This document shows, piece by piece, positions 53,901 through 60,900 of a stretch of DNA of 64,000 nt (within the stretch, counting starts at the first letter, position 1; each line of letters opens with the position of its first letter). Position numbers and translations under genes: made by a program. Under the pieces are notes generated by a model. That model saw only the letters and a list, made by a program, of their open reading frames with translations, did not search any database and was not told the origin of the DNA. The DNA is from an uncultured virus (IMG/VR IMGVR_UViG_3300029705_002947). Taxonomy: Duplodnaviria > Heunggongvirae > Uroviricota > Caudoviricetes. Where the stretch lies: the IMG/VR virus record IMGVR_UViG_3300029705_002947; one strand, given 5' to 3'.

Positions 53901-56900
53901 ATGAAATATGATGGAATTACTTCATATGAAGGAATGTTCGCTGGATGTAATAAATTATGTAAAATAAGGGTAAAAGATATTCAAAATGAAATATTTATGA
54001 ATATATTAAATGATGAAAATAATAATTTTGCCAATGTTAAAGAACTTGTAAGTAGTCATGTGCATGACTTAACTGAAGAAGAAAGAGGAGTAATCGAAGG
54101 ATTAGGATGGGGATTAAAAGGAATGATTGCTCATTATGCTTATGATAGTATAATAGCTAACGACTATTTACCTGTATTTAATGATGAATTTACTGATTTT
54201 GAAGTATTTGATTACTTAAATGAAAGACAAGGGATTATGCATAGAACTATAGAAAGTAATATGTTACCTACAATGATGAGATTTGGTACTGATAATGTTT
54301 TCACATACGCATTATTGGAAGTTTATGATATGGATACACGAGAACTTACTACTGGTGAAAATATGTTCGGCTATGTATTTTCAGTAAATAAAATATCATG
54401 TGATTGGAAAACTGAAAAAATGACGAGTACACGTCAAATGTTCACAGGTTGTCAAAAACTGACATATGTTGATGTTAGTGGATTTAATACCGGTAATGTA
54501 ACAGACATGAATCATATGTTCCATTGTTGTCATTCATTAACTACATTAGATGTAAGTAATTTTGATACTAGTAAAGTAACTGATATGCATAATATGTTCT
54601 ATGGATGTATTGGAATTAAAACAATTGATGTTAGTGGATTCGATACTAGTAAAGTAACTGATATGTGTTATATGTTCCATGACTGTAAATCATTAACTTC
54701 ATTAGATGTAAGTAACTTTGATACTAGTAATGTAACTAATATGAAATATATGTTCGCTAATTGTAGATCATTAACTTCATTAGATGTAAGTAATTTTGAT
54801 ACTAGTAAAGTAACTAATATGAGAAATATGTTTGCTGATTGTTTAATAATGGCTTCATTAGATGTAAGTGGATTTGATACTAGTAAAGTAACTAATATGT
54901 ATGCTATGTTCTGTGGTTGTGATAATATATCTAATATTCATTTATCTAATTGGGATACTAGTAAAGTAACTGATATGATCTCTATTTTTGCTTATGCTGA
55001 TAATTTAAAATTATTAGACATGAAAAATTTGGATATTTCAAATTGTACGGATGGAAATATAAATAAATTGATAGGAGTAAATGGTAATATTCATCTATAT
55101 GTTAGATATATTAGATGTGATAATATTGATACTATAAATCGTATTTTATATATGATTCCAGATAGAAGTTCTGTTACTACAAATATTACAACTTATGAAT
55201 TACCAAAACCTTCGTACGAAAATGATATCATGACTCTTGAATTAGATTACGAAGAACCTGAATTAGTTCCGGTAGTTAATACTGTCACTACAGAATTAGA
55301 ACCTGGTATATTAATATCAGATGCTGAAATATCTGAAGAAACACTAGCAGCTCTAGCAGCTAAGAACTGGACTGTTGTTACTTCTGATTCATTTATTAAA
55401 GTTGCTGAGTATGTATACGACCCTGATGTTTGGGCTTCATTAATACCTGACTTCAACGCTGAGTTTATAAACTACTTTATAGATGATGAAGAGATTGAAG
55501 GAGAAGCTGCTGATGGTACTGTTAAGACATTGATTAAGAGAACTATTTGGAGTTTAGGAGAATTACCTACAGTAATGAGATTTGGTACATACTGGATTGA
55601 CAGTGCAACTGACCAAAGAAAAGAATATGAAAGTTTATTGGAAATTTTATATGCAGATGTTAGTAAAGTAACTAATATGATGGCTATGTTTAGACGTAAT
55701 GCTTACTTACGTAAAGTAAATTCTAGTACTTGGGATGTAAGTAATACTGTTGATATGATAGCGATGTGTCAACATTGTTATAATTTAACTTCAATAGATG
55801 TAAGTAATTGGGATGTTAGTAATGTAACTGATATGCATGCTATGTTCCAAGAATGTTATAATTTAACTTCATTAGATGTAAGTAATTGGGATACTGGTAA
55901 TGTAACTGGTATGGGTTCTATGTTCCATGGTTGTTATAATTTAACTTCATTAGATGTAAGTAATTGGAATACTGGTAAAGTAACTAATATGGGTTCTATG
56001 TTCTCTAATTGTAAATTATTAACTTCATTAGATGTAAGTAATTGGAATACTAGTAATGTAACCAATATGTATGCTATGTTCGATAATTGTAATAATTTAA
56101 CTTCATTAGATGTAAGTAATTTTGATACTAGTAAAGTAACTAATATGAGTTCTATGTTCAATGGTTGTAGTAAATTAACTTCATTAGATGTAAGTAATTT
56201 TAATACTAGTAAAGTAACTTATATGAATTATGTATTTAAAAACGCTTACAAACTAGAAAATATTGATGTAAGTAATTGGGATACTAGTAAAGTAACAACA
56301 TTTAAAGACTTTATTGGCGATTGTTTTGAAATTGAAAGGTTAGATTTATCATCATTTACTGGTGAAAGTTGTAACACTGCGGAGGATTTCTTATACTTTA
56401 ATAATGATAAAACAGCAAAACTTAAATCAATTGATATATCTAATATGATTATACATGAAGGTATTTCTTATACTAAGTTCTTATACGTAGAAAATAATGA
56501 ACTTGCTAATTTAACAGATATAGGTATGGTTCACTGTGATGTAAGAACTATTAATATAGTAGCAGGAATGACACCAGTACAACCAATTACTATATGGATA
56601 GGAACTCATTTAACAGCAGATGAAATAGCATCACTAGACCAATACGATCATATAACTTACAGTATACAACTAGAAAACGCAGAGAGATTATTACTTAGCT
56701 CACCACTTCTTGAAGGTGATGAAATTAAAGTCGTAGATGGTAAATTATGTCATGTTCATAATATGGAAATAGTTGTTTTAGACGGAAGTAGTGATGAAAG
56801 TTGGAATAATAATGGAACTGATACTGCTACACATGCCACTTATTATTCTAGAAGAATCCATTATAATAATGCTACAAATAACATAATTTGTAATATAAAA

Positions 56901-57848
56901 TCAGATATTTATATATCAACAGAGTCTATAGATTTCAATAAAGCTGGATTATTTAAATTTGATGAAAATAACAATGAAATAGATGGCTTGGGTATTTACT
57001 TTAAAAATATTATTTATATCAGAGTATCTAAAGAAGAAATTAAATCACTTTCTGAATTTACTAACGAACTTAAAGAAAATCCTGTTACTATAGTATATGA
57101 ACTAGCAGAACCTTATACAGAAGTAATTGATTTACCAAGAGCTAATATAGATGTAGAACTTTATGAAAATGGAGTACTTTATATGTCAGACCCAACTGCT
57201 TCTACAAATAGAGTTGATTCTGATGGTAATATGATTATAGATGTAATACAAGGAGATTCTGTTGTGAACGTTTCTAATCAACAATTCTCTATTGAATTAT
57301 CAGAAGAAGCTAATGCTCCTATACAAACAGGAGAAATATTAGAAGATAATTCTATTAGACCTAAATTCTACGGAAGAACTATGGTTAACTTAATGGACAG
57401 AATTGGATGGGAAAAACTTATAGATTCTGTTGATAATTATGTTGCATATGTTTATAATTCACATGACATAACAAATGAACCTATAACTATAGTTAACTTT
57501 AATAATAAACCTATAAAAATAGGAATATATAATAGTGAAGTACAAAATGCTGATGGTAAAGGTGTGGATATAGCTGCTAATTCATCTGTTATTATATCTC
57601 TATCTGAAGTTGAAAGTTTATTCTCGGTACTTGGTGGGTTTGCAGATGGTTGGACAGAAGAAAATATGCACGAACTTAAAAATGTAAACATATTTGAAGG
57701 TGAATTATCTGAGGATGAATTACCTGAAAATAGAATGAGTGGAATGAGAAATGCGTTTGATAAATATCAAACAACTGAAGGTAAGTACAGAGTTGAAATG
57801 GTTGTAAGTAATTCACCAATTCAATTTGGTAAAGCTGGAAGGAAATAA
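44997..57848 (+). CDS. Giant modular DUF285/BspA-like leucine-rich-repeat protein (4283 aa), probable virion appendage
   Basis: N-terminal PKD-like segment (VSWGD...HVYEKAGVY); roughly 100 repeats of LTSLDVSNWDTSKVTNMxxMFxxC in six blocks separated by conserved cap domains; C-terminal phage-tail-like domain; no signal peptide. Confidence 0.85.
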   Translation: MKVIYKGIAIDSKIEEKRIEQLLHDDAINRVTKITVKIPEDNYSLTLVPSADYITDEGLVSWGDNIDGYLNDTCVHVYEKAGVYDISGHFTFGLGTEPTASIRRCLVEVKNLTEVNGNLSNAFFSCYNLRIFDSITELHPTTLYSTFRDCNQLLSVNTTKWDTSNVTNMSNTFGGCRSLLTVDVSNWDTGNVTNMGNLFNACEKINNLDVSNWDTGKVTNMNNTFGHCYLLESIDVSNWDTGNVIDFCGTFFDCYLLEHIDVSNWDTHSAQYMNGVFRRCHSLKSINISNWNTINVSTIGYMFLECEELTEIIGLQNLNVTNVTDMMNTFNGCKKLQDISGIITWDTGKVEILQNTFANCTTLNNIDLTNFDTDNVTNMTGMFMGCTGLTSLNVSNFNTPRLLYTSNMFKDCINLTSIIGIENLTVNRVTKMDYMFYGCEKLTNLNLSTWVTGNTLHSMMAMFADCKSLKSLNVSGFNVSGVQHIVGKIDNVDRGLFSQCNALTEIIGIENWNTKNINNMFEMFWRCYELTSLDVSSWNTGNVTSMYRMFNDCNKLHTITGVGNFNTSKVTSMQSMFNGCNALQTLDNLSKWDTGNVTSMFMMFKDCNVLTEINGIGNWNTGNVTNMNALFQNCYGLKSVDVIGWNTAKVTDMKYLCSKCNSLIKLDVDNWNTENVTNMQGMFNECEQLETLNVTNWKTYKVTNMRGMFNSCKSLKLLDVSGFNTAKVTDMTYMFIYCNSLEVLDVSGFNTSRVTSMDNMFRDCFLVQSLDVSHWDTSNVTNMYNMFYNCQSLTSLDLSNWNTGKVTDMRNMFQNCYRLEIIDGISDLVTSKITNIDNLFHMNEKLQSIDVSNWDTSNVTTMRNTFFNCRLITTIDVSNWNVGKVTNMHCLFQGCTNLIDVGDISNWDVSNVTNMNVMFGFCPSLVRINTTNWDMRKVKTTQQMFNSCNNLVEIIGMENWVMDSLENIAGMFCYCNSLISLDVSNWNTNKVTSLGVTAGEDFKGLFKGCNSLTTIIGINNWDVSNVTDMSHTFNSCTSLQELNISDWDTRNVIRMDKMFMRCQSLTSLDVSNFDTSKVITMDGMFRECQSLTSLDVSNFDTSKVITMYAMFYDCRSLTSLDLSNFDTSIVTNMSSMFNICNKLTSLDLSNFDTSNVTTMSHMFYGCNELTSIGDVSNWDTGNVTDMSVMFGNCYNLTSLDVSNWDTGKVTTMSNMFHGCQSLTSLDVSNWDTGKVTTMRYMFAACRIITELNLSNWDVSNVTDMTSLFDNCYMLTTVGDISNWDTGKVTGMGAMFSYCQKINGLNVSNWNVRNVAYMYYMFNECLELTSIDVSNWNTESLLQSHWMFRKCQKLTSLDVSNWDVSNVINMNHMFQHCPQLTTVGDLGNWDTHNVTTINNMFDCCNSLESLNVSNWDTSSVTNMSSAFVGCSIIPELDVSNWDTRNVTTMDRLFYSCNSLTSLDVSRWNTSKVTTMNNMFANCNNVTALDVSNWNTSNVTNMLNLFDGCNNLTSIDVSNWDTRNVDNMGGMFRACNKLTSLDVSNWNTSKVTKMDAMFSNCYSLTSLDVSNFDTGKLVNSWAMFYNCNKLTSLDVSKWNVSALKSSQEMFQLCQSLTSLDMSKWNFAPIHIYEMFCDCTNLRSITFGENWDTGNVTDMGYMFKGCKSLTTLDVSNWNTGNVTNMHYMFHSCTNLKTLDVSKWNTSKVTSLRMMFHYCISLTTIGDVSKWDTSNVTTMENTFQSCTKLNDINISNWDVSNVESIHAILHNCTSLTNVDISGWDFNNSINASVCISGLNKVKTIYFPKKHVNIVDIVYTENGQPIHGFLKNCHELTTIDFGGFDLTNAEDDLGLCMKNSPNIRYVRCDIAGTLNKIVNYLPVRTVEAPGCLITTASVTNEILSVLNSKNWNIVSLEEDGTKLASYTFDKSIYSSHVPQFNNPSSNEYGDYDGYFWNDVIDGNLVTRTLYTLRELPTTMRFGHIWINEEDDVKYQPRSHSLIDVEYVNVEGLFNMSAMFRACVNLVRVNEFNVTNKVEYLGAIFQHCINLTSLDVSNWDTSNVMYMSHVFTDCIKLTSIDVSNWDTSKATNMRGMFSGCNKLTSIDVSNFDTRNVTNMQDMFYKCTSLTSLDVSNFNTSKVTNMACMFYWLNVEYLDLRNFNTSKVETMNGMFDNCPLLKEIKGIEDFNTGKVNDMRQLFFNCNALTSLDLSKWDVSNVRLMNGLFYRCFNLESLNISTWNTANVTEMVSMFRGLRKLTSLDVSSFDTSNVTNMSWTFAGLEWDRDPSSLTEIIGLENWDTGNVRFMGAMFLGCDKITTLPISNWDVSNIADVSSLFNGCKSLVSLDISRWSFSNKLENICYMFRYCHSLTEISLNGFNTTNVKYVAAMFAGCKSITYLDCSSFILDKLEYNNGIQCDYLFNDMESLTNLNISQMDISNVVSYETIFMTTKNLELISCNKIGTIHKIIPLIPDRTGKEHGILLTTAGDKIDKECMELLAEKNWEITSEIGMLVADYIFDPEIYPSLLPFSGNYLNSCVIVDETIENYVVEETSEEVETLGIDEENYGIMTLEEPSSRRVIRRKIYNVKEKKPSYLRFGTGVWDIIDNRSDSLLEVKYLDIENCTYLYRLFGCCRNLIKVDGVVITNKTDNIQQTFHGCRNLVYLNTEGWDTSNVLITQGMFQNCDKLTSLDVSNWNTSKVTNTNFMFQYCQSLASLDLSNWDTGKVTTMRFMFKGCQSLTSLDLSNFDTSKVINMESMFNACYNLTILDISNFTINADCVVGNMFDGIPIKYLKLDDVPSLINIMDQLPTKTTVNKGHVVTYNPARLTITNINLIKAKNWEAHSIDDCTVAAYGFDNTVHNDLMPLFNEDYDTSALVISDHVHGGYFVHRDIMNFEGKRPTSIKFGGDEPDARTNALMQIGDINLTGITDYSEMFKNCTNLNYLNICVGEKTPTNVSHMFEGCSNLELFDIYGMKYDGITSYEGMFAGCNKLCKIRVKDIQNEIFMNILNDENNNFANVKELVSSHVHDLTEEERGVIEGLGWGLKGMIAHYAYDSIIANDYLPVFNDEFTDFEVFDYLNERQGIMHRTIESNMLPTMMRFGTDNVFTYALLEVYDMDTRELTTGENMFGYVFSVNKISCDWKTEKMTSTRQMFTGCQKLTYVDVSGFNTGNVTDMNHMFHCCHSLTTLDVSNFDTSKVTDMHNMFYGCIGIKTIDVSGFDTSKVTDMCYMFHDCKSLTSLDVSNFDTSNVTNMKYMFANCRSLTSLDVSNFDTSKVTNMRNMFADCLIMASLDVSGFDTSKVTNMYAMFCGCDNISNIHLSNWDTSKVTDMISIFAYADNLKLLDMKNLDISNCTDGNINKLIGVNGNIHLYVRYIRCDNIDTINRILYMIPDRSSVTTNITTYELPKPSYENDIMTLELDYEEPELVPVVNTVTTELEPGILISDAEISEETLAALAAKNWTVVTSDSFIKVAEYVYDPDVWASLIPDFNAEFINYFIDDEEIEGEAADGTVKTLIKRTIWSLGELPTVMRFGTYWIDSATDQRKEYESLLEILYADVSKVTNMMAMFRRNAYLRKVNSSTWDVSNTVDMIAMCQHCYNLTSIDVSNWDVSNVTDMHAMFQECYNLTSLDVSNWDTGNVTGMGSMFHGCYNLTSLDVSNWNTGKVTNMGSMFSNCKLLTSLDVSNWNTSNVTNMYAMFDNCNNLTSLDVSNFDTSKVTNMSSMFNGCSKLTSLDVSNFNTSKVTYMNYVFKNAYKLENIDVSNWDTSKVTTFKDFIGDCFEIERLDLSSFTGESCNTAEDFLYFNNDKTAKLKSIDISNMIIHEGISYTKFLYVENNELANLTDIGMVHCDVRTINIVAGMTPVQPITIWIGTHLTADEIASLDQYDHITYSIQLENAERLLLSSPLLEGDEIKVVDGKLCHVHNMEIVVLDGSSDESWNNNGTDTATHATYYSRRIHYNNATNNIICNIKSDIYISTESIDFNKAGLFKFDENNNEIDGLGIYFKNIIYIRVSKEEIKSLSEFTNELKENPVTIVYELAEPYTEVIDLPRANIDVELYENGVLYMSDPTASTNRVDSDGNMIIDVIQGDSVVNVSNQQFSIELSEEANAPIQTGEILEDNSIRPKFYGRTMVNLMDRIGWEKLIDSVDNYVAYVYNSHDITNEPITIVNFNNKPIKIGIYNSEVQNADGKGVDIAANSSVIISLSEVESLFSVLGGFADGWTEENMHELKNVNIFEGELSEDELPENRMSGMRNAFDKYQTTEGKYRVEMVVSNSPIQFGKAGRK
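45440..56340 (+). repeat. Coding tandem repeats of ~78 bp (LRR units)
   Basis: Near-identical core ttaacttcattagatgtaagtaattgggatactagtaaagtaactaatatg recurring at ~78-nt period within blocks. Confidence 0.9.
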
Positions 57849-57942
57849 TATTAATCTTTTATCTAAAAACAAATAGATAAGAGAAAAGGGCGTATAGAGA
57901 TTTCTCTATACGCCTATTTAATATAGAAAGGAGAAAGATAAT

Positions 57943-60900
57943 ATGATTATAGCTAAATATAAATTTGATAGAAGTATATATACGAATTTAATACCTATTT
58001 TCGATGATTGGTATACAGGATACAGTATAAATGATATAGTGGATGAAAATAATTCAAATCATATAATAAGAACTATAGAGTGTGATATAGTACCGTCATT
58101 TATTAAATTTGGGTTCACGAATAATACACCTACAAATACAGAAGCCGCAGCAAAATCGTTAATAGAATTATTAGAATTAAATATTAGTGGGCTAACTAAT
58201 TTAACACATTTGTTTTGCAATTGTAATAAATTAACTTCGGTAAATACGAGTAATTGGGATACCAGTAATGTAACTGGTATGCAAAGTGTGTTCGATAATT
58301 GTCGTTCATTAACTTCAATAGATGTGAGTAATTGGAATACTGGTAATGTCGATAACATGGCATTTATGTTCAAAGGTTGTCATTCATTAACTTCAATAGA
58401 TGTAAGTGGTTGGAATGTTAGTAATGTAAATACTATGAATGCCATGTTCAGTTATTGTGAATCATTAGTTTCATTAGACGTAAGTAAATGGGATACTAAA
58501 AATGTAATTAATATGGATTCAATGTTTTATTACTGTAAATCGTTAGAAAATTTAAATGTAAGTAATTTTGATACTAGTAAAGTAACTACTATGGGTGGTA
58601 TGTTTAATAATTGCCGATCATTAACTTCGTTAGATGTAAGTAAATGGAATGTTAGTAAAGTTGGGGAAATGTATGCTATGTTCTCTGACTGTATAAGTTT
58701 AACTGACTTAGACTTAGCTAACTGGGATATGAGTAAAGTAAATACTATAGGTTATATGTTTGACGGTAAAGAACTCGGTGCATCGATAAATATGCCTATT
58801 GTAGATTTAACAAGTCTAGATTGGTCTTTAGTTACTGATATGCAAGGAACGTTCTATAAAAATAATGCAAAAGCCATAAAATTGCCTAGAATTATAAATC
58901 CTAACTTACTATCGGTTATAAGTGAAAGAAATGACGGTTCATTTGGTCTATTCTATTGCCCTAACCTAATATCATTAGATTTCGGAGGATTGGATTTATC
59001 AAATCTAGATAGTTTTAGTACAGCTAATAAACATTTGGTATTAGAACATGTTCCTAAGCTAAGATATATAAGAACTGAAAATGCTGCTTTAATAGCTGAT
59101 TTAGCACAATACTTCCCTGCTAGAACTGAAGCAGAGCAAGGATATCTGATTACTAAAGCTGAGATTTCTGATGAAATAAGAAGTGCTTTAAGTAGTAAAT
59201 ATTGGAATATAATTGATTTAGAAGAACAAATTCTTATTGCTAAATATAAATTTAGTGCAAATGTATATAAAAATAACGTTCCTATTTTTAATTCACAATT
59301 TGTTAATTTCTTTATAGAAGATGAGATTGAAAATGAAAATGAACCTAACATAATAACTAGATCTATATTTAGTATAAATGATATACCAACAAGTATACAA
59401 TTTGGAGTTCATTGGATAAGTGAAAGCTATGAGTTAAAACACTATCCTAGAACACAATCGTTAAGAGCTGTTGAATATCTAAATACAAGTAGAATAGTTT
59501 CAACAAATAATATGTTTAGACATTGTCATAATGTTACTAATATATATGCATCTAATTGGGAAACTTGTAACTTTACAAATTTAAATAGCACATTCGAAAA
59601 TTGCAGTAGATTAACTTCATTAGATGTAAGTGGATGGATTACTGATAAAGTAACTGATATGGAAGATATGTTTAGAGGATGTGAAAATTTAAAAACGATA
59701 AACGGGATAGAAAATTGGAATACCGACAAAGTAACTACTATGATGGGTATGTTCCAACATTGTAAGGTATTATCATCAATTAATTTAAGCAATTTTGATA
59801 CTAGAAATGTTAATAACATGAGTAATATGTTCTATCAATGTCATGCGATAACTTCATTAGATGTAAGTGGATTTGATACTAGTAATGTAACTAATATGCT
59901 ATATATGTTCCAACAATGCTACAATTTAACTTCATTAGATGTAAGTAATTGGAATACTAGTAAAGTAACTAATATGGGTTATATGTTCTCAGATTGTCGA
60001 TCATTAACTTCATTAGATGTAAGTAATTGGGATACTAGTAAAGTATCACAAATGAGTAATATGTTCTATAATTGTAATAAATTAACTTCAATAGATGTAA
60101 GTAAATGGGATACTTGTAATGTAATTAGTATGGGTGGTATGTTCTCAGATTGTCACAATTTAATCTCGGTTGATGTAAGTAATTTCAATACTAATAAGGT
60201 AACCGATACTTGGAATATGTTCTGTAGATGTGTTAAACTGGATAAAATAGATGTTAGTAAATGGAATACTAGTAATATAATTAACCCAACTTCTATGTTT
60301 GATAGTTGTGAGTCATTAACTTCAATAGATGTAAGTAAATGGGTTACTAGTAACATGAAGTTTTTAAAGAACATGTTTGAACAATGTCATAGATTAAAAT
60401 CAGTTGATGTAAGTAATTTTGATACAAGAAATGTTACGGATGCACAAGGAATGTTTAGCTCTTGTTTTGAATTAACTTCATTAGATTTAAGCAGTTTTAA
60501 TACTGATAGAATGGTTATTATGATACAAATGATTAGATCATGTAAAAAATTACAAATGCTTGATATAAGTAATTTTAATATAACTGATGAAACTGATATA
60601 TCTGGAATATTAAACGATTATACAACATTATCAAATATAGGTATGATTTATTGTAATTTCAAAACAGTTGAAAAAATTGCATCATCGGTACCAGCAACTA
60701 ACCCTACTACAATATGGGTAGGAAACCACATAGACATCAACGGACTACCACAGTACGACCACATCACGTACAAAGTGTACGAAGTCGAAGATAAGCTGGA
60801 AGTTGAGCTGTCAAGCCCACTGTTAGAAGGCGATAGACTTGAAATTATTGATGGTGACTTATATCATTATCATAAGATGGGATTAGAAATCTTAAATGGT

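Noticed and set aside
45449..60374. Many antisense ORFs of 60-130 aa opposite the LRR genes, and similar short ORFs overlapping other long genes
   Set aside because: Shadow frames caused by repeat periodicity and codon bias; no RBS or promoter support.
45440..60560. Regularly spaced ~78-bp repeats with variable intervening sequence, resembling a CRISPR array
   Set aside because: The repeats are in frame within long ORFs and encode LRR units; the variable parts keep M-F-x-x-C codons; no leader or cas operon is present.
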